Shown: one piece after another, positions 45,200 to 55,194 of the stretch
How positions within the stretch are numbered: position 1 is the first letter of the stretch
Layout of the letters: each line of letters begins with the position of its first letter
From: an uncultured Candidatus Saccharimonadales bacterium
Lineage (GTDB): Bacteria; Patescibacteriota; Saccharimonadia; UBA4664; SCTI01
NCBI GenBank assembly: GCA_964632435.1
Contig: CAZWEJ010000002.1
Coordinates: forward strand, 1 to 58,852
Reading direction: 5' to 3'
DNA: 58,852 nucleotides
The notes under the pieces: model-generated
Told to the model about the DNA's origin: nothing
The model's input: the letters and a program-made list of their open reading frames with translations, nothing else
The model's database searches: none
Made by a program: the position numbers and the translations under genes

Positions 45200-47074
45200 T
45201 TACGCTCCGGCAGGACCTACCTGACCCTGCGCTTCCTGTTGATACTCTGTTGCCGCCTGCTGCTGGGCTATCTGCTGAGGACTAGTGCTAATAAGTTGAT
45301 GCTCAGTTTGAGAAGCTATTATTCGCATTACAACATGGTTGAGTCCTGCAAAAAATAGACCCTCTCCTACTGGAAATGTAGAAAGTCTCGCCTTTTCTTC
45401 GCTAGTTAATTTGAACGTCTCACCAACAATATCCACTGAGCTCGGCGCCTGCTTCAATAACAGCTGCAATGATGAGTTGGACACTACTGCCCGCCCCATT
45501 CTTGAACTCAAGAAGTCATCCACATCTTGAGAGATAGTGGTCAGCCCCAGAAGATACTTTCTCGCCCTCTTCGCAATACTGAACATAAAGTTGGCTGAGT
45601 CTTCGTATTTCATTAGCTGCCAGGCTTCGTCCACAACCAATATACGGCGCCTTTTGTCGGCCTTAACCTTGTTCCATATGTAATTAAGGATGATGTACAT
45701 TCCAACAGGTCTTAGTTCTTCTTCAAGATCGCGGATATTAAAGACAACGAATTTGTTATAGAGATCGACATTCGACTGCTCGCTAAAGATTCCTGCGAAA
45801 GTTCCACTGGTGTACTTACGCAGTCTTTGCGCCAAAGCTGGTCCATTACCACTCATCTCGGCAAGGGTTTTATATAGGTCGTTCATGGTAGGCGGAGTCG
45901 CGTTATGTGTTAAAGGATCATTCGTTATGCCCGCCTTGGCATACGTGTTGATTATAGCTACATCCAAGTCTGCATCTTCTGCAGGGGTAAGTGGCGCGGA
46001 TGTTGACCCCATCATTAATCGTAGAAGCCCATGCAAGGTAATTATGTTAGCCCTTAAGGCATTATCCGCATCCTCGCTGTCTAGAACGTGCGGTAGATCG
46101 AATGGGTTAAGTCGATTCTGAGACGCCAGACTAAGTCGTAAGTAGCTGCCTCCAACTGCATCTGCAAGTCCTCTATATTCATCCTCTGGGTCGATACAAA
46201 TAACTTCGGTACCAAGCATCAAGCTACGAAGAGCCTCAAGCTTAACCGCGAAACTTTTACCAGCACCAGACTTTGCGAATACAACCATGTTGGCGTTTTC
46301 AAGACTGAAGCGGTCGAACAAAACCAGTCCATTATTATGGCGGTTGATTCCATATAGAACTCCCTCATTTCGACTAAGCTCAGCAGATGTGAATGGAAAG
46401 CTGGTTGAAAGAGCGCCCGTGTTCATGTTCCTCGCGACACCAAGTTGATCAGCTGCCAAAGGCAGTGTTGAATTGAATGCCGGCTCCATCTGCATGGTAG
46501 CGGGCTTAGTATAGACCAGCGACTGACCCATGATGCCTTCAACTTTTCGTTGGATGTCCTTGAGATCATCTAAGCTGTCACCGTAAAGGGTTACATATAG
46601 ACCAAACCGGAAAAATCTCTCTTCTCCTACTTGTAGCTTATCCCTAAGTTCCTCTGCGTCAGAGATTGCTGCTTCTAGTCCCGGATCACGCACCCTGCCC
46701 TTCTCTTGGTTGATAGCGTAACTAGCTTCAAGCTGACCTACTTTTCTACGTAGATTATTAAGTACGACTTGACTTTCAACCGGATATATAAAGAGGCTCA
46801 TATCTATTACCTCATCAAGATTGATGATCGGGCTAAGCCAACCGGTGAAAATTTGGCGAGGATAACCGTAAACGTAGAGCGTACGAGCGAATCGAGTTCC
46901 AATCCTGATGTGGTCTCCCGCGATTTCAATTGAAGGTGGCGCAATTAGGTCCCGAAGACTTACAATTCCCTGTCGGTAGATCGCTTCGGCTTCCATCTGC
47001 TCACGCATACGCTGTTGCTGGGCAAGAGTAATGGGGTCGTTGGCCGCCTGTTTTTTACCTCCGAACATAGCCAC
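45200..47074 (-). CDS. virB4: VirB4/TrsE-family type IV secretion ATPase
   Basis: Walker A FAKSGAGKSF, Walker B RRILVVDEAWQL. N-terminal segment RTLYVYGYPRQIFTGWL is typical of VirB4-like proteins. Confidence 0.9.
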   Translation of the reverse strand: MAMFGGKKQAANDPITLAQQQRMREQMEAEAIYRQGIVSLRDLIAPPSIEIAGDHIRIGTRFARTLYVYGYPRQIFTGWLSPIINLDEVIDMSLFIYPVESQVVLNNLRRKVGQLEASYAINQEKGRVRDPGLEAAISDAEELRDKLQVGEERFFRFGLYVTLYGDSLDDLKDIQRKVEGIMGQSLVYTKPATMQMEPAFNSTLPLAADQLGVARNMNTGALSTSFPFTSAELSRNEGVLYGINRHNNGLVLFDRFSLENANMVVFAKSGAGKSFAVKLEALRSLMLGTEVICIDPEDEYRGLADAVGGSYLRLSLASQNRLNPFDLPHVLDSEDADNALRANIITLHGLLRLMMGSTSAPLTPAEDADLDVAIINTYAKAGITNDPLTHNATPPTMNDLYKTLAEMSGNGPALAQRLRKYTSGTFAGIFSEQSNVDLYNKFVVFNIRDLEEELRPVGMYIILNYIWNKVKADKRRRILVVDEAWQLMKYEDSANFMFSIAKRARKYLLGLTTISQDVDDFLSSRMGRAVVSNSSLQLLLKQAPSSVDIVGETFKLTSEEKARLSTFPVGEGLFFAGLNHVVMRIIASQTEHQLISTSPQQIAQQQAATEYQQEAQGQVGPAGA

Positions 47075-47820
47075 TAGAACGGTCCTCCTTGTGCCAACTG
47101 GGTCGGAGTTTGACCCTCGCCTTTTGTGACGGCCGCTGTCTGAATTTGACCGGCATCAACTAGCTTCTGATTGGCTGCTACATCTGGGTTGTAAGAGTTG
47201 TAGTAAAGATCAATCAACTCCTGGGTGTTTAGCGGAATATTCCGAATTCCCATTTGACTTAGCCCAGAAGCAACCAACTGTACACGTTGTGCAAGTTCAT
47301 CTTTAAATGCTTTAAAGTCTGCTTCACTCAAAGTTGTTACTAACTGTTTTTTAAATACTCCTGCAAGCCCACTGGCAATGTTCTTTTTCTTTAAAGTCGC
47401 CATCGCAGGTGGAAAAAAAGGAACGACGACATAGAACTGCTTATCCATTATGTTAACTTCATTGACGAGTGCCTGAATATTGGCAATGTAATCGTCCATC
47501 AACATTCCGAGAAGCTCGTTATCTTGATTAGTGCGTAGGTTTTGAAGCTTGGCTATATATCCCTCGAGATCAATTTTTTGAGACCTTATCATTATCTGTA
47601 TTGGGAAATGGAGCGAGTTTAAGAAGCTTTGGTATGCGTACTCAACAGCATCCCTTTCACTTGGGCTCATTAGGTCGAAGTTAATAGCGCTACCCATTAT
47701 TACTGCTCGCAAACTACCGTCGCGCATAACAACAATCCCATCCCTTATCTCAGATATGAGCAGGGTGTCTTGTGTGCTTGGACGTGGTGTTTTTTGTTGT
47801 GGTTGATTTTGTGTTGCCAT
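47074..47820 (-). CDS. T4SS-associated soluble protein, possibly a detached VirB4 N-terminal domain
   Basis: 248 aa. Its stop overlaps the virB4 start by 1 nt. The segment DGIVVMRDGSLRAVIMGSAINFDLMSPSERDAVEYAYQSFLNSLHFPIQIMIRS resembles N-termini of long Gram-positive VirB4 proteins (from memory). Confidence 0.55.
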   Translation of the reverse strand: MATQNQPQQKTPRPSTQDTLLISEIRDGIVVMRDGSLRAVIMGSAINFDLMSPSERDAVEYAYQSFLNSLHFPIQIMIRSQKIDLEGYIAKLQNLRTNQDNELLGMLMDDYIANIQALVNEVNIMDKQFYVVVPFFPPAMATLKKKNIASGLAGVFKKQLVTTLSEADFKAFKDELAQRVQLVASGLSQMGIRNIPLNTQELIDLYYNSYNPDVAANQKLVDAGQIQTAAVTKGEGQTPTQLAQGGPF

Positions 47821-48719
47821 TAACGAACCTGTACCGTTTGACCTTCCGACATTGTTTGCACACGCTGCGCTTGGGCAGCAATTTGTGCGACCGTTAAATC
47901 TCCGCCCTCATTAGCTAGCTTAAGTATATCACCAGATGTGGGGGCTGTCATTTCGCTTGTGTTTGAGGTGGCCGCAGTCTTTTTTGCTTTGCTCGATCTT
48001 ATAGTTGATCCCGGCGTCGGAGTTGGCGATGAAGGAACGCTTTTCATTTTCTCCATCGCTTCCTCTCGCACACTTTTTACAGTATTTTCTATCAATACGT
48101 TTAATTCTTGTGCAGACTGGGAGTTATTATTAAGAATATCGTCTTCATTTGTGACCGAAGGATAAATTTGTTGACTTTGGGGCTGAGGAGAAATTAGCTC
48201 AGCAGGAGTTACTGGTATCGGTGCCTGGCTCAATACTTCGGCGCCAATTCTTCCCTGCAGGTCTACAACCGGTACGACCTCAGGTTCTTGCACCTCTGGC
48301 TCTTTTGCTGACCAGCCTCGAGTATCAACAAGTTCAGCTAGCTGTTGCAGCTGGCTTCTGACTTCACCCGGGTCCCTTTGCATTATTTCTTGCTTTGGAG
48401 GCGGCGGTTCGACTCGAAATACTTCGGCAATCGGCTCCTTTTCCCAAAACCTAATTCGGGGTCGAGTAAAATACGACGCTACGGCAATTACGTATGTTTC
48501 TAGAGGTTGATCCTCTTTTTGATAAAGTCCAAGTGCCAGCAAGAAGAGGGCCGGTGGTATTCCTATGATCACCCATAGAAATATAACCTGTTGAAGGAGC
48601 GCAAAGGTAATAAAGCCATATCCAATCCCAATGAGAGCATATATGAACTGTTTGAGCGAAAGAGGTCCGAGGATTTTATCCTCTGACTCAACATTCTGTG
48701 GAACCTTATAGGTGCCCAT
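47820..48719 (-). CDS. PrgI/VirB3-like membrane protein with long P/Q/S/T-rich C-terminal extension
   Basis: Starts MGTYKVPQNVESEDKILGPLSLKQFIYALIG, followed by two TM helices (PrgI-family pattern). AGGAGG sits just upstream of the ATG at 48719. Confidence 0.6.
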   Translation of the reverse strand: MGTYKVPQNVESEDKILGPLSLKQFIYALIGIGYGFITFALLQQVIFLWVIIGIPPALFLLALGLYQKEDQPLETYVIAVASYFTRPRIRFWEKEPIAEVFRVEPPPPKQEIMQRDPGEVRSQLQQLAELVDTRGWSAKEPEVQEPEVVPVVDLQGRIGAEVLSQAPIPVTPAELISPQPQSQQIYPSVTNEDDILNNNSQSAQELNVLIENTVKSVREEAMEKMKSVPSSPTPTPGSTIRSSKAKKTAATSNTSEMTAPTSGDILKLANEGGDLTVAQIAAQAQRVQTMSEGQTVQVR

Positions 48720-48775
48720 CACCCTCCTCAATTCTTATGCTTATTTTACAGTGATATCTTCCCAGATGCCACCAT

Positions 48776-50980
48776 CTAAAGGCCCAATCGATATTCAATG
48801 TCCGCCCAGTCATCCTCCTGCTCCAGTAGGTGAATCGCGTCTCTATGGGATGCAATATTTGCATTTACCATTGCCATAATCTCGTTGAACTTGCGCTGAC
48901 CCTCTGCTGTATCGGTAAACGATGCTTTATTACGCGCCATCGCTTTAAGAAGTGCCGCTCTTTTATCCGCCCCCATAAAGTTCCTTCTGTCGGCTGGGTC
49001 AAAGTTGTCTTCAATTGAGTGTGGAAGGTATTCGCCTAGAACTTGAGCCCACTGTGCCGAAACTCGCTTAGCGGTTGGCGAACTATTAGGAGTATTATCT
49101 GCAGCAATGTTAAAGTTATCGATTTTGAAATCGTCACCTGCAACCTTAAATGGTGTGAGCCCGGAAAGGAAGCTCTTTGCCATACCTGAATTTACATCTC
49201 CCATAATTGTTGGGTCTCCTGTTAAAGGATTTACCTTAGTCGGTATGTCGCTATCAAACCGAGCAAACTGTCCTGGAGATTTAGGAAGATTCTTGCCATT
49301 TTCTTTAAGGACCATCTTAAAGTCTTCGGGGTGGCCAAAACCTTGAACAGCGTTAGAAACCTCTGTGCCGAGCAAGTTATTTTCCGCCAATCTCCTTACC
49401 ATGGCCTGCCTTCCCTCAAATGTTCTCGTGTATCCAAGGAGTGATTCGCCGCCATTTGCCTTGAGTCCACTTAAGGCTTCCTTTTTCTGAGTCGAATCTC
49501 CGTAATAGCTCATAAGCGCACGGCGCTGATTCATCATGTCGGCTTCTTTCATATCGCCAAGTTCGTCGGAGTACTTTTTAACAAGCTTTGAAGCATCGCG
49601 TTGTCTTGCGAGGGAGCTACCACTATGGCCCGCAAGAAGTAACGTACCCGCGTGATACATGCCCTTTCCTGCAGTGCTCACTACCTTATTGTCGCTACCT
49701 GTCAAACTACTTAATTTATCTCCCACCTTGCCTACACGCTTGAGTTGTCGGCTCTTGGTTTTGTTTTTGGCATCCTCGTACATCTGGCTGTCTTTGATCT
49801 TTCCACGACCCTTCTTCCCAAGATCATCAATTGCGGAACCAGCTGCACTCATAAATCCACCGGCCCATCTGAAAGATTGAGTAACAGCGCCAAATGCTGC
49901 CACAAGTATCAATATTTTTATGAGAGATGTTGCAATATTCTGAGACACACTCCCCCCAGCTCCTCCAGATTCTGCTGTAAGTGGAATTAGCGAACCGACA
50001 TTAGCCGCTACCGCAAGCAACCCTATGATTATCGGGTACATTAAAGAAATCTTCACAAATGATTTTAGCCACTGATTAAAGTACTTTTCTGTATTTGGCA
50101 GTACCCATGCTGCAAAAGCTAAAGGCGAAACAACTATAAATAACCCGATCAAAAAGTAGCGCATCGCCAAAGTAAAGATGAAAGCTGCTACCGAAACAAC
50201 CACCATAAGCGCGATCGGAACAGCTAGAGGAGCTGCGAGTAATAGCAAAACAGACAATGTGACAATTCCGAATACAGTCGCAACATTTTCAATTATCATC
50301 CCCGAGTTAAAGGCATCGGGTGATGTGCCGCCTCCAACAACAGAATTTATTATTGCACCAACGCCCTGGCCAAGGATATTGCCTATATCAACAATGATTG
50401 CCGAGACTAAGTATGAGGCTTGAACAAATATTGCTGCAGCAACAAGCTTTGGCAGAATACTCTTAAAGTTGTATGAATCCAAGTTGCTCGGAATAATATA
50501 CGAAAAAATCATTACCATAAAAATAATCACAAATGAAATGTTTGCGAGAGTCCTCACAGCATTCCATGTTTCGTAAATTGGGCCCTCAAATTTTAACGGC
50601 TCAACTTCTAAGAATTGATGCATCATGTCCGTTACTGCATCAGACATAATGTTTGCAACGTTGTCTAGGATGGGACACATCATAAAAGCAAGTCGACCGT
50701 TTTGTTCACTACAGGTTTCGTAATTATCTTTTACCTGGTCTTTGAGGTCTTGTTTGTTTTGAGGCTTATTGCTCCCCGGAGCCTCAACAAGTGGAGGTGC
50801 CTCGGTGTTTGGTATGGTTGTTTCTGGTGGGGTCTCTCCAAGTGGTGCTTGAGCAAAGGCATACCCACCGGTAAATACCGATGCCTCATGTGAAGCGGCA
50901 CTGTGGCTAAAAATATGGCCGATTGATGGTTGAATCAAGACCAAAAAAATAGCTAGCGCCCAGGTTTGAATCAGCCGCAT
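48776..50980 (-). CDS. Extended VirB6/TrbL-like polytopic channel protein, paralog 1
   Basis: Signal peptide, small ectodomain, about 6-7 TM helices and a hydrophilic C-terminal tail of about 330 aa. Shares blocks with 51050-53509 (for example ILPKLVAAAIFVQASY vs ILPKLIVAAILIQMSY). Confidence 0.65.
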   Translation of the reverse strand: MRLIQTWALAIFLVLIQPSIGHIFSHSAASHEASVFTGGYAFAQAPLGETPPETTIPNTEAPPLVEAPGSNKPQNKQDLKDQVKDNYETCSEQNGRLAFMMCPILDNVANIMSDAVTDMMHQFLEVEPLKFEGPIYETWNAVRTLANISFVIIFMVMIFSYIIPSNLDSYNFKSILPKLVAAAIFVQASYLVSAIIVDIGNILGQGVGAIINSVVGGGTSPDAFNSGMIIENVATVFGIVTLSVLLLLAAPLAVPIALMVVVSVAAFIFTLAMRYFLIGLFIVVSPLAFAAWVLPNTEKYFNQWLKSFVKISLMYPIIIGLLAVAANVGSLIPLTAESGGAGGSVSQNIATSLIKILILVAAFGAVTQSFRWAGGFMSAAGSAIDDLGKKGRGKIKDSQMYEDAKNKTKSRQLKRVGKVGDKLSSLTGSDNKVVSTAGKGMYHAGTLLLAGHSGSSLARQRDASKLVKKYSDELGDMKEADMMNQRRALMSYYGDSTQKKEALSGLKANGGESLLGYTRTFEGRQAMVRRLAENNLLGTEVSNAVQGFGHPEDFKMVLKENGKNLPKSPGQFARFDSDIPTKVNPLTGDPTIMGDVNSGMAKSFLSGLTPFKVAGDDFKIDNFNIAADNTPNSSPTAKRVSAQWAQVLGEYLPHSIEDNFDPADRRNFMGADKRAALLKAMARNKASFTDTAEGQRKFNEIMAMVNANIASHRDAIHLLEQEDDWADIEYRLGL

Positions 50981-51049
50981 TAAGATGCTATTACCTCATT
51001 AAGACGAATAGATAATAGTACCTTATCTGTTGGACAGATTCAAGGAGAG

Positions 51050-53509
51050 CTACGAAGTGAAGGTTACTGTGCCGCCGCTGGTATTTGAGCCGGGTCTTGT
51101 TGGTCCTGATCCGGAACCAGGAGCGGTTGGGGCTCCGGTGATGTAGGCATCTGGTCGCTTATACTCTACCCCTGCTTGATCACGGCGAGTAGATGGATCC
51201 GCGTGTGCAGGCAATGCTGAGGACCCACTCACATATTGCATATGTCCTGCTATATGACTACTGTGTTGTCCTAGTTCACCCCTGTCCGCAAGCTCTTTTA
51301 ATGTTCCTAGTGCTCTACGATTGAAATTGCTTCTTAAGCCAGGGCTTGAAGAGATAGAATCGAATATTGCACCTATATTAGCGTGTCTTTGCTCAAGTGT
51401 TTCTCCGCTCCCCATATTATCCCCTCGAGCATATCTTTCTATAGTAGTAGGGTCTAGATCTCCAAAGTCACCTGGCTTTATAGAACTCAATGCTTCGAAT
51501 CCACCGCTGCCCCTTGTGATATCGGGAGCAGCGCTATCAATATCCCCATAGGCACTGTTGACTGCATCTCCGTACAACTGCTGCCCACCTGGTGCTGCAA
51601 GCATACTTCTTATGGTTTCATAGTCTCTGTATTGTGCTAATTTCTTAATTGCGAATTTTCTCGAAGCTGCATCTGCTCTGTAGCCCTTAGCTGTTCCACT
51701 TGCAATGGCAGTAAGGAGGCTCTTTTTCTGTGGAAAACTACTTCTTGCGGTGTCGTTTTCGAACTGCCTCTCAACGGCTTTCTGATCTTGATCAAATAGT
51801 TTGTTTTGAGCAGTCCCCACTCGGTTTCTGGCCTTAGCGGAATTCCATAAAAAGCCTCCTCCCGCAATTTTATTTTGCCATCTAGCTTTTGGACTGAAGC
51901 CAGTGATATTGGGATTGTAAGCTCTAAGAGCCCGATTTTTTCTGTCTTCGATTCGATCTTTATTCCAATCGCTTCCCTGGATACCTTTACTAGCTTTTGA
52001 ACCAGCTTTAGTGGTAACCTCCCCAATCTTTTTCATCATTCCTCCTGCCCATGAAAATGTGAATGGAACGGCAAGCAGCGGAAGTGCCAAACATAGCATT
52101 GCAACAATTGGACCTATAGACTGAACAACCACTGTCGAATTAACGCTTAATGCAGATATTGCTGCAATTCGGCCCGCTGCAAAAAGAAGAATAATTAGTG
52201 GATACATCAAGAGTAGCCTAATAAAGAGGTCCATCCATTTTCTAAACAAGTTTTCGGTATTTGGTAGTGCCATTGCTGCAATAGCTATAGGGGCGCTCAA
52301 AACCAGTAAAACTAAGAGTACCTGCCTTAAAACAAGTGTTAACATCACCGCCGCTATACCTATAACCATCGGCAGAGCCGCCGCAAAAACACCAACAGCG
52401 GCAATTTGTGCGGTAAGCGCAATAGTTATTAATGTTGCCGCACCGAACATTACAAAACCGCCGATAATCTTCGCTTCTCCAGCTGCCTCATATCTAATAT
52501 TGGGCATTATTTCGACCACGATATCACGCAAGCCCTTGCCCAGAATATTTGTGACATCAATTGCAGCTGCCATTAAGACATATGACATCTGAATCAATAT
52601 TGCCGCCACGATTAATTTCGGTAATATCTTCTTTGCGTTGTAGGCTTGTATGGAAAACAGGTTTCCAAAAATTACCACCATAAATACGATTACAAAGAAT
52701 ACGTTTGCTAGACTTCTCATCACATTCCAAGCTGCATATTGAGGGTTATCGCTAGAGCTTGTATTGAAGGAAAGCGGATCCACTTCAAACATAGGGGCAA
52801 TTAGTTTTGTCTCAACAAAGCCTACAAACTCTGAGAAAACCTTTATTAATCCACAGACGACCCAGCCGAATCCTCCTTCCGTTGTACAGGCATTTTGAGC
52901 TTCTTCCTCAGGGGATGCTCCGGAGTCATTTGAGTCATTAGAGTCATTACTGTTTCTTTGGCCTACCCTTGCTTTAAATCTATCTAGTACATCTCCCTTA
53001 GTAGCGTTTAATATTTGGATATTTTTTTCCCCGCCACGACCGCTAAGGCCATCAGGGGCACAATTTCGACCAATTGCAGTTAGCGTAGAAGCAACAATTT
53101 TTCCTGTAAATTTCTCCTTAGAATCAAAATTCTCACTTAGTTGGATGTCTACGTCGAACCAATGAGTCTCCATTATCTGATCCGACTCATCGCCTGAACC
53201 ATAACAATTTATTTCACCGCGATATTTAGCAATCTTGGTATTCTTGTTATAACCTTCAGAACCGTTTGCTAGTAAAAAGTCATATTTTTGACCCTGTTTT
53301 CCCCACCCGACGGCGTGGATTGTGGCGTTTCTTAATCCAGCTGGATTTCCAGATCTTATGGCCTCTTTAATTATTCCTGCTTGATCTTTGTCATAGGCAA
53401 AGATGTACATTTCCTCAGCTTGAGCCTGAGTTGCAAGCTGAGGGATAAGTAAGAATGCAATTGCACCAATGAGTGCAAAAACGGTTCTTTTTATAAGGCC
53501 CACCTTCAT
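51050..53509 (-). CDS. Extended VirB6/TrbL-like polytopic channel protein, paralog 2
   Basis: Probable start MKVGLIKRTVFALIGAIAFLLIP (the ORF extends to 53566). Ectodomain of about 200 aa, a TM bundle and a hydrophilic tail of about 320 aa. Confidence 0.65.
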   Translation of the reverse strand: MKVGLIKRTVFALIGAIAFLLIPQLATQAQAEEMYIFAYDKDQAGIIKEAIRSGNPAGLRNATIHAVGWGKQGQKYDFLLANGSEGYNKNTKIAKYRGEINCYGSGDESDQIMETHWFDVDIQLSENFDSKEKFTGKIVASTLTAIGRNCAPDGLSGRGGEKNIQILNATKGDVLDRFKARVGQRNSNDSNDSNDSGASPEEEAQNACTTEGGFGWVVCGLIKVFSEFVGFVETKLIAPMFEVDPLSFNTSSSDNPQYAAWNVMRSLANVFFVIVFMVVIFGNLFSIQAYNAKKILPKLIVAAILIQMSYVLMAAAIDVTNILGKGLRDIVVEIMPNIRYEAAGEAKIIGGFVMFGAATLITIALTAQIAAVGVFAAALPMVIGIAAVMLTLVLRQVLLVLLVLSAPIAIAAMALPNTENLFRKWMDLFIRLLLMYPLIILLFAAGRIAAISALSVNSTVVVQSIGPIVAMLCLALPLLAVPFTFSWAGGMMKKIGEVTTKAGSKASKGIQGSDWNKDRIEDRKNRALRAYNPNITGFSPKARWQNKIAGGGFLWNSAKARNRVGTAQNKLFDQDQKAVERQFENDTARSSFPQKKSLLTAIASGTAKGYRADAASRKFAIKKLAQYRDYETIRSMLAAPGGQQLYGDAVNSAYGDIDSAAPDITRGSGGFEALSSIKPGDFGDLDPTTIERYARGDNMGSGETLEQRHANIGAIFDSISSSPGLRSNFNRRALGTLKELADRGELGQHSSHIAGHMQYVSGSSALPAHADPSTRRDQAGVEYKRPDAYITGAPTAPGSGSGPTRPGSNTSGGTVTFTS

Positions 53510-53587
53510 AAGCATAAGTGTAATAGATTTTTTGATGGAATGCATCTGGTGTGTAAAAAAGGTCAAATCTGTAATAGAATAAGCGCA

Positions 53588-54034
53588 ATGAAAAAAATAA
53601 TACTTTTTGCAATAGTAGTGCTCTTTACAGCACTAAATACTGCGCCAGTTAAAGCCTTTTCTTATGGTGTGCAATCCGAAAACGGATTTAAGCTATCCGC
53701 ACTTACTGCTAAGCAGTGTAGAGAAAAAGGTGGTGTGCCAGTCAGTGGAGTGTTTGGTCCAGATACAAACTGTATTGGTAGCGGAAGCCAGAATCCTATT
53801 TTTGCTATGATCTCAATTTTTCTGCAATTCGCAATTGCTATGTTCGCCCTGAGTTTAGTTGCAATACTTGTTTTCGCGGGCATTAGATATATTGCGTCCG
53901 GAGGGAACCCCGATGATGTAAAGGAAGCAAAAAATCTAATCAAGGCAGTTCTTACCGCCTTAGTTCTATTTGCTATCATGTTTGCAGTTCTTAGGTTGAT
54001 AATACCCGAAGGCGTTGGAGTATTTCGTACATGA
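53588..54034 (+). CDS. VirB2/TrbC-like T4SS pilin paralog 1
   Basis: Signal peptide MKKIILFAIVVLFTALNTAPVKA, 2 Cys, then TM-GIRYIASGGNPDDVKEAK-TM. Confidence 0.75.
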   Translation: MKKIILFAIVVLFTALNTAPVKAFSYGVQSENGFKLSALTAKQCREKGGVPVSGVFGPDTNCIGSGSQNPIFAMISIFLQFAIAMFALSLVAILVFAGIRYIASGGNPDDVKEAKNLIKAVLTALVLFAIMFAVLRLIIPEGVGVFRT

Positions 54035-54321
54035 AGTTAGCACAGGTGGTACCAAGTTTATATCGGGGTGTAGACAAATTCGATAGCATTAATGACTTCC
54101 TAATAATTCTTGCCAACCTTATTCAAATAGGCCTCTTCTTATCAGGAGTTCTTGCTGTGATATTTATTTCATGGTCAGGAATACAGTACATTACGTCTCA
54201 GGGTGATCCAGGAAGAGTTCAATCTGCAAAAAGTGGTATGCGTAATGCCGTCGTTGGCCTTGTGCTCGCGGCCGGGTCCTACCTATTAGTAAATTTCTTT
54301 GCAAGGCAGCTTTTAGGATGA
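54031..54321 (+). CDS. VirB2/TrbC-like pilin paralog 2 (short, no obvious signal peptide, no Cys)
   Basis: TM-GIQYITSQGDPGRVQSAK-TM. ATGA overlap with paralog 1. Confidence 0.7.
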   Translation: MKLAQVVPSLYRGVDKFDSINDFLIILANLIQIGLFLSGVLAVIFISWSGIQYITSQGDPGRVQSAKSGMRNAVVGLVLAAGSYLLVNFFARQLLG

Positions 54322-54695
54322 AAAAGATATCACTAGGCTTTATGGGGCTTGCATACTTTATTTTTGTGCCTGCAGCAAGAGCGGCTGACAAGTGCTATGA
54401 CTCGAGCGGTAAATTACAGGACTACTGTAAGCTAGACAAGGCGGAAACACTTGGGTTTGTGGACCAATCATTTACCACTGTTGCCACAAATATAGTTAAT
54501 ATACTAGGGATCATAGCTGGTGTACTCTCAGTGCTTTTCTTGATCATTGGCGGAATCAGCTACATTACTTCCGAGGGAGATCCGGCAAAGCTTAAGGGGG
54601 CAAAAAGTACCGTGCTTTATGCCGTGATTGGTTTGGCGGTTTCAATTTTAGCCCCGCTTATAGTAGGTTATGTGTTAGAATTCAGTCCCAAGTAG
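54318..54695 (+). CDS. VirB2/TrbC-like pilin paralog 3
   Basis: Signal peptide, a CYDSSGKLQDYC loop, then TM-GISYITSEGDPAKLKGAK-TM. Confidence 0.75.
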   Translation: MKKISLGFMGLAYFIFVPAARAADKCYDSSGKLQDYCKLDKAETLGFVDQSFTTVATNIVNILGIIAGVLSVLFLIIGGISYITSEGDPAKLKGAKSTVLYAVIGLAVSILAPLIVGYVLEFSPK

Positions 54696-54732
54696 CTTTA
54701 CACCACAGATTGCAACAGATACAATTTTGGTA

Positions 54733-55194
54733 ATGGTTAACTTTTTTAAAAGATATATATTTATATCAATATTTGCTTTAGGGTGTATTTCGTTAATTCC
54801 GGCAGTTGCCTCTGCCGAGAACGCCATCAATACAAGCATTTGTAAAAGCTTTTATGATGCTCAAAAGAATCTGGATCCAGGCGAAAAGAAAGCCAATCCG
54901 CCAGCTGGTTGTGAAGGTCAGAATCCGGGTGGGCAGCTTCTTGATAAAGTTCAAGGGGATCCAAGTGGAGCCGGGTATATAAAAACTCTATTAAATGGGT
55001 TTATTTACGCCGCCGGAATCGTTTGTCTTATTTTCCTTCTCCTTGGCAGCATTCGGTACCTCACATCAAGCGGCAACTCTGCTCGAATTCAACAGGCAAA
55101 AGATACCGTGTTATACTCAATTATCGGATTAGTAATTGTTGCGTTAGCAATCCCAATATCCGATTATGTAATAGGTATATTTCGGCAACCATGA
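54733..55194 (+). CDS. VirB2/TrbC-like pilin paralog 4
   Basis: Signal peptide, 2 Cys (SICKS...PAGCEG), then TM-SIRYLTSSGNSARIQQAK-TM. The ORF track begins at TTG 54727. Confidence 0.75.
   Translation: MVNFFKRYIFISIFALGCISLIPAVASAENAINTSICKSFYDAQKNLDPGEKKANPPAGCEGQNPGGQLLDKVQGDPSGAGYIKTLLNGFIYAAGIVCLIFLLLGSIRYLTSSGNSARIQQAKDTVLYSIIGLVIVALAIPISDYVIGIFRQP

Noticed and set aside
52923-52949. 9-nt x3 tandem repeat as a phase-variation switch
   Set aside because: The repeat unit is a multiple of three and in frame, encoding (NDS)3. Slippage would change length, not reading frame. It is mentioned only as a minor length-polymorphism site.
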